From Escherichia phage vB_EcoM_ESCO8, in the sequence record OM386653.1: a stretch of DNA of 64,000 bases. One strand, written 5' to 3'. The notes under the pieces are model-generated. The model did not search any database. It had not been told where the DNA came from and saw only the letters and a list, made by a program, of their open reading frames with translations. Position numbers and translations under genes: made by a program. The first letter of the stretch is position 1. Every line of letters begins with the position of its first letter. Positions 43,174 through 53,762 of the stretch are shown one piece after another.

Positions 43174-45408
43174 TTAAAATATCATATTTCCTGTAGTTAC
43201 TATTGCGGATGAGTTTGTTGGTTCATTCACTCTTGTAACACCACGTTCCACATTACCTGTATGGTTCAAATAACTACCACCTGACGGAACAGTAGTCTGG
43301 AACTCAATACTACCACCCTGAAAGGTGTTCCCCGTAGAGTGTACACGGAAGACCCCCACTCCATTACTCAAACGATATGCTTTCGTACCGGTGGGGAGAA
43401 AAGCTACGTTGTTTTTATAGCTAAAGGTTATAGGACCAGAACCTTCGTCATCTTTATCAAGGCTAAAGTGACTGTTCAATCCGCTGGCACCAGTACCAAT
43501 CTGGCTCAACCCATGTACTTTAACTACCTGCTCCTTCGTTCCCTGGAATGAGAACCCAGTATTAGCCAAACTACCACCATTAATAGTAAATCTAATAGCT
43601 TGAACTATATTCTCCGGCGATGAACCTGAACCTACCAATTCGCAATCTATGAATGAAACCGCTGAACCACCAATGTAAGCAGAGTTGAAGTTTCTTACGT
43701 AGGTATTATCAAACACTACATGCTGTGTGAGCACATCAGGTAATGCCATCCCGCTCTGAGTGCTCAATATCACATCACCACCAGTGACTTTTGCGCCTCT
43801 ACCATAAACATTGGAACTCTGTGTGAATCTAAGTCCTTTATCGGCATCAGAGCTGTTGGCTCCAACGGTTACGTCGTTCAGAGTGTTTGCATCATTGTTT
43901 ACTCTAGCACCCTTAGTGAATACAGCTTGCTCAATATGCAGATTTGTTACTTTTGCCGTTGCAATTAAGTAATCACCAAAGTGGTTGGCTACGTGTATAG
44001 AGTCGGCTGAACTACCGTAATATTCGCCTGAGTTTGCGAAAGATAATAGTCCGTAGCAATTCTCGTAAGACAAATGATGCTCAAAAATACCATGCGTAGT
44101 GAATGCCCCATTTCTGGTGCCAGTTTCACCACAGTTCCTTACATTACAATAACTAGCCCCACTGAAATCTACGATATGTCGACCAGAGATATTGTATAAA
44201 TTCTCACAACGGCATTGATATGCATTGTTGAATTGGACAACATGGTCGCTACCGGGAACTCTAGGGAAGTTAGTAGTCGTATCGTGGACAAACACTTTTC
44301 GCACATAAGCTGTTACAACCATAGGGTATGGGTGGTCGTAGCCATCGCCAAGTGATACGTCTGCATTGTTAACGTACTCAAGAGAGACTAGTGCGCATGA
44401 TTGAGCACTAGCAAATGCATCACCGGAGCCAGTAGCATCAGTTATATTTTGGTTCCACCTAACGCCTTTCACCTTTATTTTTATATTTTCTAAAGGAGTA
44501 ACCTCTCGATAGCTTAGTGAACGACCGACAGATAAAGGCCACCCGGTCTTATAATCCACCCTTAACTGAGTTACCGCACCCCCGCTCCCTTGCACCTGCG
44601 TCATGACATTAATTTCACGACCAATGGTTCCGCTGCCTACATCAGAACTCATAATGACCCATTGCCGCTGGGTAAAGAGAGTGTTGTTTGTACACCAATA
44701 GGTGGTATCACCCTTGCTTATCTGGTTTGTTAACACAAAAGAGTCTATCAAGTTTCCAACACTTCCCCTGAACGCAATAATACCGGGGAAACGGTAGTTT
44801 GTGGTGTTAGAAGAACCAGTCCTGTCAGGGATATGTCCTTCAGGTGCGTTCCACAAAATAATGGTGTTCGGCAGCCATAGCTCCAAGTCACCACGCGTGA
44901 TTACGATATTATCTGTAAGGATTATCTCAGAGAGGTTGGAACTCAATTTCGTGATGGAACTGTTTACCGCCCGACGGAAAACGTCAGTTGCGTCAACCCC
45001 GGTGCGTGCTCCGAAGTCTTCTAGACTTGCTTCATTGGTATTAACGCAAACCCAAGCATAACCACTAGTTGTGGTAAAGATTGTCCCGCCGTTATCCACA
45101 AGTCCAGGGGTGTTAGAGCTTCGGAATAATCTGTTGCCACCTGATTCTATATCAGAATAGTAACTTTTAAGGCGGATAACTTGCCCCGGAAAATCCGGTT
45201 CAATAGTTCGAAGAGTAGCCACATCTGGACACTCACCTATAAACTTATATCCATCTGTATCTTTCAACTGGGTGGCTAAAACCACCCCAGTGTCAGTAAG
45301 AAAGTTGGAAACTGTGCTTTTAACAGTTTTATCAGATTGATCTAAAACCAGGTAATCTGAACCATTAACTTTTGATGTTTCGGGTAAATTAGTAATTGTA
45401 GTTGACAT
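43174..45408 (-). CDS. tailspike protein, apparently chimeric (phage-like N-terminal anchor plus GC-richer distal domain)
   Basis: 744 aa; N-terminus MSTTITNLPETSKVNGSDYLVLDQSDKTVKSTVSNF typical of fibre/spike anchors; central and C-terminal coding sequence visibly richer in G/C than neighbours. Confidence 0.5.
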   Translation of the reverse strand: MSTTITNLPETSKVNGSDYLVLDQSDKTVKSTVSNFLTDTGVVLATQLKDTDGYKFIGECPDVATLRTIEPDFPGQVIRLKSYYSDIESGGNRLFRSSNTPGLVDNGGTIFTTTSGYAWVCVNTNEASLEDFGARTGVDATDVFRRAVNSSITKLSSNLSEIILTDNIVITRGDLELWLPNTIILWNAPEGHIPDRTGSSNTTNYRFPGIIAFRGSVGNLIDSFVLTNQISKGDTTYWCTNNTLFTQRQWVIMSSDVGSGTIGREINVMTQVQGSGGAVTQLRVDYKTGWPLSVGRSLSYREVTPLENIKIKVKGVRWNQNITDATGSGDAFASAQSCALVSLEYVNNADVSLGDGYDHPYPMVVTAYVRKVFVHDTTTNFPRVPGSDHVVQFNNAYQCRCENLYNISGRHIVDFSGASYCNVRNCGETGTRNGAFTTHGIFEHHLSYENCYGLLSFANSGEYYGSSADSIHVANHFGDYLIATAKVTNLHIEQAVFTKGARVNNDANTLNDVTVGANSSDADKGLRFTQSSNVYGRGAKVTGGDVILSTQSGMALPDVLTQHVVFDNTYVRNFNSAYIGGSAVSFIDCELVGSGSSPENIVQAIRFTINGGSLANTGFSFQGTKEQVVKVHGLSQIGTGASGLNSHFSLDKDDEGSGPITFSYKNNVAFLPTGTKAYRLSNGVGVFRVHSTGNTFQGGSIEFQTTVPSGGSYLNHTGNVERGVTRVNEPTNSSAIVTTGNMIF

Positions 45409-45416
45409 TTTTACTC

Positions 45417-47576
45417 CTATATATAAAATTTTTGTGTTGTTACTAAATCTTCTCCAGATTTAGTGGCTAATGTAATTCCGCTTATAGTAGCAATCGTAAC
45501 ATTTACCTGTTTAAGAGTGATATCTTGCAAATAGCAATTCAAAGGCACATTACCCATATAAAAAACTTGGGATTTTGAATTAAGAACAGTTATTGAATCA
45601 TGCATTATTTGTGGATAAGCCCATATGTATTGATATAAACCAACAAACTTCTGGTCATTCAATACAATATTACCTATAATCATTTTCCACAAATATGTTC
45701 TGTAGTCTGATTCAGGATCAAAGCCATATAATGGTGCTAGAGGTGCATCTGGAACAAACCCTGCAAGATAATGTATCTTATCATAACTAAAACCTAGTTG
45801 CTCATTAGGTATTGTGATAGCGTCAAAAGATCTTTCCATCTTACCTTCCAACAACCAATCATAACATTCTGAACAATAAAAGTCAAAGTTTTCTGGGATA
45901 TAATAATCTTTAGGGAAGTTAACAAATTCCATCATACCGTTACCTAAGATGGATGGTACAAATGGTAACAATGTAACTTTTGCTCCAGGATATGCTAATC
46001 TAGTATCTGTTGCAAATTTAGCAACACGCAGTCCTAATGTTTTAGATAGGAATGCATAATATTCATCATATGGTGTACCAGTTTTATAATTCTTAACTGT
46101 ACCAACATCTTGTGCATATAATCCAGTTTCATTATTAAATGCAACTTTGGTTGCATAATCATAAATACACGGGAGATTGGTAGCTGTGTTATACCACCAC
46201 CACGGTTCACCAACCTGAATAATAACCGGAAGATCATTAGCAGCGGATATAGAAGCTATCTTATTTATTACACCTTGTAAATAATTCATCCCTTCATCAA
46301 TTGAAGGAGATAAAACATAACTTGGTGGCTCATAACCTGTAGCAGCAAGATCATCATTCCAAGCATGTTGTACCCATTCTACAGGACACACTGTACTCAT
46401 AAGTTCAAAACTTAAGGAGTTCATTACTGTGTAGCCCATAGCTTTTGCATTAGCGTGGAAATTATCAAACCAGGCTTCTGTTGCTGGGTTTAAATATTCT
46501 GTTCTGTTCAAAGCCCATTTATTAGATCCAGCATCCCAACTAAATTGATAATAGTGTGACATACCATTATAATGGTTAATCATATCTCTATAACCTAATC
46601 TATAGGTGTTAGAAATAACTCGCTCTGGGGTCAGGTTATACATATCATCATAAGATGTACACATTCTTATGGTGTGTGCTGGAACATTTAAATTACCCAT
46701 ATTCATCATACTGTAACCAGTATCAGGCTCCAGTATGGTAAACTTAAAGGAAAGATCCTCATTATCTACAGGTATAACATCTTCAATTTCTTGATACCTC
46801 GTTGAGATCAAAGAGAAGAACATGTTATCTATCTGTGTAGTGTCAACAACAATATCATTTTCTGACCCAGATTTTAAATTTGAGAAATCTAATTTGATTA
46901 TTGCTGTTTTACCGTCCTCTGAAACTTCTTCTGCATAAAAGTTTAGAGATACATAATGAACTGTTTCATCCTTCAGTGTCACTGTTAAGGATGGCATTAA
47001 TTTTTCTTCTTTTAACCCAGGAACACCTTGACTAAGTTCCATTTTAAACCAAAGTTTTTCTTTACTTAAATCAGAATGTTCTTGGTAGCCTAATCCTTTG
47101 TGATCATATTTATCGTAAGTTGACCAAATAATCCCAGCAAGACCAGCCACTGTCCTATTAACCATTCTTGCTGTGAAAGAATCACCATTAGAGATAATAG
47201 AACAACTCTCTGTTGCTTGAGAATCTATTGTCCAAAACTTAGGATCAAACATTCTAGACTTCACAACAGGCCAAGTTAGCGGGGTTGTATTCGATTGATT
47301 AGTCGTAATAACACAACGAATTTCTTCATTGATCATCATGTTATTTTGACTTATGCTAGTAATCTCAAGAGTAAAATAAAGATCTAAAGAGTTTGCCGGA
47401 CGTTCATATACATCAACCACTACAGTAACAGAATCTGCATCAGAAGGGAACGTTACTGTTCCCTGTTTAGCTACATAATCTCTACCAGCGACCGCCGTTC
47501 CATCGACGGTCTTATAGCTGAATGAACTGGCATTTACTCTCGTATTTCGAGTTACAGTAAAAATAGCCTGTTTCAT
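45417..47576 (-). CDS. large tail-associated protein (fibre/spike-like)
   Basis: 719-aa ORF in the tail region; no motif recognised. Confidence 0.4.
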   Translation of the reverse strand: MKQAIFTVTRNTRVNASSFSYKTVDGTAVAGRDYVAKQGTVTFPSDADSVTVVVDVYERPANSLDLYFTLEITSISQNNMMINEEIRCVITTNQSNTTPLTWPVVKSRMFDPKFWTIDSQATESCSIISNGDSFTARMVNRTVAGLAGIIWSTYDKYDHKGLGYQEHSDLSKEKLWFKMELSQGVPGLKEEKLMPSLTVTLKDETVHYVSLNFYAEEVSEDGKTAIIKLDFSNLKSGSENDIVVDTTQIDNMFFSLISTRYQEIEDVIPVDNEDLSFKFTILEPDTGYSMMNMGNLNVPAHTIRMCTSYDDMYNLTPERVISNTYRLGYRDMINHYNGMSHYYQFSWDAGSNKWALNRTEYLNPATEAWFDNFHANAKAMGYTVMNSLSFELMSTVCPVEWVQHAWNDDLAATGYEPPSYVLSPSIDEGMNYLQGVINKIASISAANDLPVIIQVGEPWWWYNTATNLPCIYDYATKVAFNNETGLYAQDVGTVKNYKTGTPYDEYYAFLSKTLGLRVAKFATDTRLAYPGAKVTLLPFVPSILGNGMMEFVNFPKDYYIPENFDFYCSECYDWLLEGKMERSFDAITIPNEQLGFSYDKIHYLAGFVPDAPLAPLYGFDPESDYRTYLWKMIIGNIVLNDQKFVGLYQYIWAYPQIMHDSITVLNSKSQVFYMGNVPLNCYLQDITLKQVNVTIATISGITLATKSGEDLVTTQKFYI

Positions 47577-47584
47577 TATTTTCC

Positions 47585-50461
47585 TTATTTGGTTACATCA
47601 ACACTAATATCATTCATAGTTAGAACAGTTAGTGTTGGTATGTTACTATTATCCAAAATTGGTAAAGCGTTTTGAGGGTTTAGTTTACGATACAAGGCAT
47701 ATAAACCAAAACCACGTAATAGTTCTCCAGCATGGAAACCAAAGAACATTCCGTTATCTGAATCTGGGCGTGGTGCAACACTCCAGGAACCATTCATCGG
47801 ATGGTTAGGGGAAAGCACAATATAGTTTTGCTGAATCAGATCAAAACATCTGTCTGCTACAATACCAATGTTTGGAATTTGTGAATCATAACCTGCCAAG
47901 CCCATGATTGAACAACCCGCCATAAACAGTGCAGACATATGACTAGTAAAGTCATCTATAGGCGCAAGAACTGTACCATCTGGGTTAAAGATAGTTGGTG
48001 TTCTTCCATCATTATTGTCTTGGAACCATTTAAGGTAGTTGATCCAATTTTTACAAACAGTTACTAGTTTTTCAGGAGGTGTTTCTCCTCTTTGTACAAG
48101 TTCGTATACAGCATGACAAGCACAGTAGAATGCACGAGCTTCATAACCATCCCACGCTTTTTCATTCCAGTGTTTCATAGTAAACGTATTAGGTTCACCG
48201 TATTTTCTTGCATCCCAACGATCCCACACATATGCTTGTGCCATAGGCCCAGGCATCACAGGATCAAACGTGTTATAAAACCACATTTGAGCATCATACA
48301 AGAAATCAATACTGTTGTTTAAACGTGTCCAATCAATATCCCTACCTGCGAAACAGTATAAGGAAGGATACTGGTATCCTGGGTATGGAATACCACGCCA
48401 TCCATCGTATAATGCAGTGTTTGGGTCACTGATATTAGAGAATGGAATTATTCCTGGTGTGTAATTAAGACTATTTAACTTATAGTCAATAATAGTACAA
48501 TCACCTAACTTAGCAGTATGAGGACTTGAAGCCTGTACAGTAATACGGAAGTACATGGTATAATCATCACCAGAAGATGACGAATATCTTTCAGGTACAT
48601 CGTTAATACAATAGAAATCTATTGTTCCTGTTAAACCATTGACAGGAGCCGTATCAAGAACTAAATTTACCTGATCTACAGCAGTAAGATTTATTGCTGA
48701 AGGTTTAGGATCTGTTTCTGGATGATTAGGCTGGTAAGCACTTAACTTAAAAGCAGAGGCTGATAAAGTCTTCGTACTCCATGCCCCTTGCGTTTTAGGC
48801 AGCATAGCCCACCATCTCCAACCTTGAGCATCCGTGATAGTCATGTTAAAGTCATCTTCATATGTTCTATATGTAATAGACTTAACATTAGCTTTTGATG
48901 TAGGAGTTAACCAAAAACCAACAGTAACACCACCATCCGTATCCATTGATGCAGTAACAATCTGGTCATTATTAGTTCCAGCAATACCTGTTACATACTT
49001 ATATTGTACCACAGTATTGTCACCCCAGTCAACAATAATTCGCGGATCTGCGATAATATATGTTCCACCATTTGGAGGGGTACTTCTCATAAAGCTGGAT
49101 AATGGAATATCCATGCTTGTCATATTCGCTGTACCTAGTGGTAAGCCACAACGGTAAGTTACTGTGTTATTTTCATCTTTGGTCTTACTTAGCTCCAATT
49201 CTGGACGGAAAAGGATACCATGTCCTGCGTCATCTACACCTTGGAACTGAACTCGTAACTTAGAGTTCTGATCAACTTTAAACCAAATAGATTGCTGTTC
49301 TAATGTTGTTTGAGCAGCAACATCTTGTCTAATAACAATATAACCTAAAGTATCTCTTGAATATTTAGGTATTGCTGTAGATGGATACGAATAATCGTAA
49401 GAGATGCCATCTGTAAACGGAATAGTTGCATATGTAGACTTACGGAAGAATTTATCAAACATATCAATGTTTGAATAATCTTGACACACTAACAGTGAAG
49501 ACTGCCAGCATAGCCAATATTTTCTTTCCCCTGTAATTTGGTACATCAGGTAATTAGCATCACACCACCAAGTTTCGGCATCTGACGCATTATCCTGAAA
49601 GCCCATTTCTACCGGAACGTTAACTGGTCTGTTATGCCACATAGTGTTACGCTCCATTAAATAACCACCGTGTTCAACAGGGTTACAAGTCGCGTAGTTA
49701 AATTTATATGTACCGTTTACAGAAGTATTTTTTAGTTGAACTGTTCCGTATTGAGATGTTGGAAAACCTTCTTCTAAGATATTTCCATCCCAATCAACTT
49801 TACGTCCTAGACGATCAATGATCCAATCAACATCCCATTGATCTCCATTCTTAGACCAATCTGTTGTACCATCTGCATTAACAGCATATACTGTAGCGTT
49901 TACAGAGTTCCATCCTAGATTACCATTAAAAGCAAACCATGCTTTGTCAAGGTATTCTCCCCAATGTGGAGCACCATGAGGAATAACTGTTCTACCGTTA
50001 GTCCACGTCATTAAGCTACCCTTGAAACCTCCGTGTGTAGGGTAGCCATCATCTGTAAGAGGATAATGTGCAAGGCGTGGTTCTTTACCGTTAATAATCC
50101 AATTAGGGCGATATTTTGCTGGCGGATCTGGGATAGGTTGACCGCCAAAGAAGTAATCTATATAGGCTTGCCAATATTTTTTAGCAGAGTCTAAATACTT
50201 TGTATCGCCGGAAGCTAGGTATGCATAAGCGCAACCAAGAATAAGCACGGATTGACCTTCTGTTGTAGCATCCCCGTTTGGTTGCCCTTCTTGAGCAGTC
50301 CAGTTTATAAAGTGTCTGTTATTAGCTAGAACGTTTTGTGGGTTTAATACATAGTGTTGCACTGTAGGATCTACAGTTAAACCTGTATTACGATCTAAGA
50401 ACTGAATATGTCCATCGATCAGTTGAAAAACATTGTCAATTCTGTGCTTAATTCTTGACAT
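47585..50461 (-). CDS. large tail-associated protein, possibly carbohydrate-active (fibre or depolymerase)
   Basis: 958 aa, Trp/Tyr-rich; no motif confirmed. Confidence 0.4.
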   Translation of the reverse strand: MSRIKHRIDNVFQLIDGHIQFLDRNTGLTVDPTVQHYVLNPQNVLANNRHFINWTAQEGQPNGDATTEGQSVLILGCAYAYLASGDTKYLDSAKKYWQAYIDYFFGGQPIPDPPAKYRPNWIINGKEPRLAHYPLTDDGYPTHGGFKGSLMTWTNGRTVIPHGAPHWGEYLDKAWFAFNGNLGWNSVNATVYAVNADGTTDWSKNGDQWDVDWIIDRLGRKVDWDGNILEEGFPTSQYGTVQLKNTSVNGTYKFNYATCNPVEHGGYLMERNTMWHNRPVNVPVEMGFQDNASDAETWWCDANYLMYQITGERKYWLCWQSSLLVCQDYSNIDMFDKFFRKSTYATIPFTDGISYDYSYPSTAIPKYSRDTLGYIVIRQDVAAQTTLEQQSIWFKVDQNSKLRVQFQGVDDAGHGILFRPELELSKTKDENNTVTYRCGLPLGTANMTSMDIPLSSFMRSTPPNGGTYIIADPRIIVDWGDNTVVQYKYVTGIAGTNNDQIVTASMDTDGGVTVGFWLTPTSKANVKSITYRTYEDDFNMTITDAQGWRWWAMLPKTQGAWSTKTLSASAFKLSAYQPNHPETDPKPSAINLTAVDQVNLVLDTAPVNGLTGTIDFYCINDVPERYSSSSGDDYTMYFRITVQASSPHTAKLGDCTIIDYKLNSLNYTPGIIPFSNISDPNTALYDGWRGIPYPGYQYPSLYCFAGRDIDWTRLNNSIDFLYDAQMWFYNTFDPVMPGPMAQAYVWDRWDARKYGEPNTFTMKHWNEKAWDGYEARAFYCACHAVYELVQRGETPPEKLVTVCKNWINYLKWFQDNNDGRTPTIFNPDGTVLAPIDDFTSHMSALFMAGCSIMGLAGYDSQIPNIGIVADRCFDLIQQNYIVLSPNHPMNGSWSVAPRPDSDNGMFFGFHAGELLRGFGLYALYRKLNPQNALPILDNSNIPTLTVLTMNDISVDVTK

Positions 50462-50934
50462 TAAATCACTCCTGCCATCACTAAACTACCTATCCAGGTA
50501 GCTCCATTATCATAACTAACAAATTCAAAAATATCTGTAGCTCCCTGTTTATAACTCAAAACAGGAGCGCGACCAAAACTCCATTTAACAGATTGAGGCC
50601 ACGTTACTTTATTTGCTCCACTGCCTTGACGTAGGGATAGTGTAAAGTTTTGAACAATGTTAGTTGTAACTGGAACATTACTAAATGAAATACTGCAAGT
50701 TGGACTAGATAAAGTGGCAGAGAAATACTCTGCCGTGCTAATATCTAAAGCTAGGGTATTTGTAACAGTACCCCTTGCAGAAAGACGGTTTCGTGTAACA
50801 CCAGCACCCGCAAGAAGAACACGTAATGATGTTTTCTTAGTGATGCCTGATTGATCTGTTACAAAATAATCTGTGTCTGAAACAGATGTTGTTACAGGTA
50901 GATCAGACACCTTGATTGTAGTTAAATCAGCCAT
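50461..50934 (-). CDS. tail/baseplate structural protein
   Basis: 157-aa ORF, overlapping coupled starts. Confidence 0.4.
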   Translation of the reverse strand: MADLTTIKVSDLPVTTSVSDTDYFVTDQSGITKKTSLRVLLAGAGVTRNRLSARGTVTNTLALDISTAEYFSATLSSPTCSISFSNVPVTTNIVQNFTLSLRQGSGANKVTWPQSVKWSFGRAPVLSYKQGATDIFEFVSYDNGATWIGSLVMAGVI

Positions 50935-51562
50935 TATTATTTGTAGCTCCCATTGTTGCTGTTATAGCATAGTTGTAATTGGTTGCAAGACCTTTATTGG
51001 CTTCGTTAACAAGGTATTTTTCAATCAATGCCTCGTTAGACCACTCATTCCACCAAGTAGAATAAGTATCTTTAGGAAGACCAACAATGTTAATAAAGCG
51101 ATAGAGTCTATTTGCAGATTCAACAATTTCAAATGCTTCACAAGTGATTGCTGCATTATCATCACCAGCTTCTGGATAGATATATTCTTCAGACGGCTGT
51201 GTACTGAATAGAGCACTAACAACTTGTTCACCAACTGTAACAGTAACGTTCATTGAGTAATACCTATCATCTCTATCATAAGAGGATGTGTAGGAATTAA
51301 TATTATCTATATAAACATTACTTGCGATAGTTGATAAGAAAATGCGATCAACAATCTCTTTCTTCTTGGCAACACCAATAATCTCTTGCAGATATGGAAC
51401 CCCAAAATTAGAGTTGAGGAACCATTCTCCACGGAAAGTTCTAAGTGTTATTCCAAGCGTCTGTGCTGCAATTTCACTTTTAGTTGTGGTTAGTGTTAAA
51501 TCACCATCCACCATTACTAAATCGTTAGAACCATCAAGTTTTAAATCAAATGGTATTCCCAT
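50927..51562 (-). CDS. baseplate protein (unassigned)
   Basis: 211-aa ORF downstream of the spike-like gene. Confidence 0.35.
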   Translation of the reverse strand: MGIPFDLKLDGSNDLVMVDGDLTLTTTKSEIAAQTLGITLRTFRGEWFLNSNFGVPYLQEIIGVAKKKEIVDRIFLSTIASNVYIDNINSYTSSYDRDDRYYSMNVTVTVGEQVVSALFSTQPSEEYIYPEAGDDNAAITCEAFEIVESANRLYRFINIVGLPKDTYSTWWNEWSNEALIEKYLVNEANKGLATNYNYAITATMGATNNNG

Positions 51563-51565
51563 CTG

Positions 51566-52303
51566 TTAACCTCCATTTGGTTTGTCGGAAGTAACAGTGC
51601 CACCACCAGTTTCAACACCGCGTACAGGGTGTGTATGTGTGTGTAAACCAATGCCACCACTATCTGTCATACGACCGTCAGGTGTGATTGTTAAACCGTT
51701 TAAATTTACAGTACCACCTTTATATGTCATAGTCCCACCTTGCAGTGTAAGTTTTCCTCCTCCTGCATCGGTAAGGACAATACTGTTTGGTGTCATATCT
51801 ATTTTCATACCTTGTGTGTTGTACACAGATATATTACCGTTAGGATCAAACGAAGCGTAAGTTTGCTTATTATTTGAGATAACAACTTTTTCAGAATCTA
51901 CTTCTTCTGAAGAATCTGTAGCTGTTGCTATCTTAGGAATAAAACAGGCGGGATACAAACCACAAGGTTGAATTAATGTTCCGCTGCTGGCTGTATCTCC
52001 ATCTGTCTGGAAAGCATTCGACGGATCTCTTTCTGAAAAGACAACAACACCAATATCTCCTGCTTTAATTGGAAATGAAATTCTACCTGTACCACCACCA
52101 TTTACCATAAAAGGAACATCGTGGAATGTTGGGTAATCTATTTCATCTTCAGTAGACCTGGTGTTTTTTACAATAGATTCTAAAGTTACTGTCTTAGATC
52201 CATAATCTACACCAATTACCCTTACAGGTAAAGATGTATGTACTTCCGCAACTTGCTCGTTGATTAATCCACGGATTGCTGTTACAAAATTTAAAGCATC
52301 CAT
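51566..52303 (-). CDS. baseplate central spike-like protein
   Basis: 245 aa; Gly-rich C-terminal beta-strand repeats GGTMTYKGGTVNLNG and an HxH-type tip LHTHTHPV, as in metal-binding myovirus spike apexes. Confidence 0.45.
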   Translation of the reverse strand: MDALNFVTAIRGLINEQVAEVHTSLPVRVIGVDYGSKTVTLESIVKNTRSTEDEIDYPTFHDVPFMVNGGGTGRISFPIKAGDIGVVVFSERDPSNAFQTDGDTASSGTLIQPCGLYPACFIPKIATATDSSEEVDSEKVVISNNKQTYASFDPNGNISVYNTQGMKIDMTPNSIVLTDAGGGKLTLQGGTMTYKGGTVNLNGLTITPDGRMTDSGGIGLHTHTHPVRGVETGGGTVTSDKPNGG

Positions 52304-52305
52304 TT

Positions 52306-53316
52306 CTAGCCCTTCTTAATAATTGCAGATACAGATACAGACTCTACTTCAGTTGTCCAGTCTTTACCTTCCCTATCTCCTGTATGAACAACAGACACCA
52401 CCTTAAAACCACCATCATAGTTATGACTCTTGAGCCAAACAGTTTTTTCTGGTAAGATAGCACCGTTCATTTCACATCTGAACTTAACACCATCTGTAGG
52501 CTTTTTAGCTTTCTTAGAAGATTTAGTTACTTTTTGTGTTGGTTTAATATCATTGTGGAAAGGTTCTGGACTACCAATTAAACCTGTTTCTGCACTAATA
52601 TATGCGCATCTTGCACTAGACATTTGTGATCTTGGTGTTACGTAAACAGATCCATCTTGTATCGACACATTGTGATCAATACCTTTACAGATACTTTCTA
52701 AGTAATGTGATGTGTTACCACACATAGCTGTTGCAGATGATAAAGTTTGCTCTGTGTCTACGTGAATATTACCTTCTGTAGTACCTAAATCTTTAACTAA
52801 GTCTTTAACAACTTTACTTACTTTTGTACCTTTCGGATAACTTCGGCTTGTCCTTGCTTCGGAGATGTTAATACCACCATCCAGACAATGTAACACTGTA
52901 CGTCTGTCTGTATTGTTAAACGTATCACTCACCCATTGCACCGTTCCCTTAAAGATCATAATTAACTCTTGACCTTCATAACCTACCGCTAAAGCAACAG
53001 CCAAGTTGTTACGAATACCCTTGTTAATATAATTAACAGTATCATCACTTAGGTTATAAATAGTTATCTCAGCTTGATTAGGATCTTTATTATTATCTTT
53101 TCTTATTGTGAAAGATATTTGGTGCTCCGTAATAACATACAAATTAGGGGTTGATTTTTTAGCATCCCCTAGTTTAGTATCTAAGTCTACTGTAGATTTG
53201 AAAGAGGAATTTTTTGTCCTTTTTTCTTTAGTATTAGTAGCTGTACCTATTAACAGTTTGTATGCTCTGTTTAGATTGGGTGCAGGAGCTTTTGTATAAT
53301 CTCTTTTTTCTGCCAT
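52306..53316 (-). CDS. baseplate hub-like structural protein
   Basis: 336 aa, position between putative tail-completion genes and the spike. Confidence 0.3.
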   Translation of the reverse strand: MAEKRDYTKAPAPNLNRAYKLLIGTATNTKEKRTKNSSFKSTVDLDTKLGDAKKSTPNLYVITEHQISFTIRKDNNKDPNQAEITIYNLSDDTVNYINKGIRNNLAVALAVGYEGQELIMIFKGTVQWVSDTFNNTDRRTVLHCLDGGINISEARTSRSYPKGTKVSKVVKDLVKDLGTTEGNIHVDTEQTLSSATAMCGNTSHYLESICKGIDHNVSIQDGSVYVTPRSQMSSARCAYISAETGLIGSPEPFHNDIKPTQKVTKSSKKAKKPTDGVKFRCEMNGAILPEKTVWLKSHNYDGGFKVVSVVHTGDREGKDWTTEVESVSVSAIIKKG

Positions 53317-53331
53317 TTAAAACTCCTTTTA

Positions 53332-53751
53332 TCATGCTTGATATGGAAGAGCGTCGATATAAACCAAAGCAAATCTTTTATCTACACCTGTGTCATAGTA
53401 ATTAGGTCTACCGTTTATTTTAACAGTATCTACCAAATAAAGTTGACCATCCGGTACAGATTCTATATACTTATATGGTTCTAGAAGATCTAAACCATTG
53501 GTTACTTTAAAAGTTACACTAGGATTATCTCCTGATAAGCCTAATTGCATTTGCCACGACTGATCTCTTGTATTCCACCTCAAACGTATATCATAATCTA
53601 CTCCATCGAGAGTTACTGTATATGTTTGATCTGGATACTGTTCTGTAGGTAAGTACCAAGAATAGTAGCCTAAAGTTCGATCAATAAATACTGCATTGTA
53701 GCCACTATTAGATGTGCTTCTACTGATCTTTGAATAAGATGAAATAGCCAA
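53332..53751 (-). CDS. structural protein (unassigned)
   Basis: 139-aa ORF. Confidence 0.4.
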   Translation of the reverse strand: MAISSYSKISRSTSNSGYNAVFIDRTLGYYSWYLPTEQYPDQTYTVTLDGVDYDIRLRWNTRDQSWQMQLGLSGDNPSVTFKVTNGLDLLEPYKYIESVPDGQLYLVDTVKINGRPNYYDTGVDKRFALVYIDALPYQA

Positions 53752-53762
53752 AAATTTTCTCC

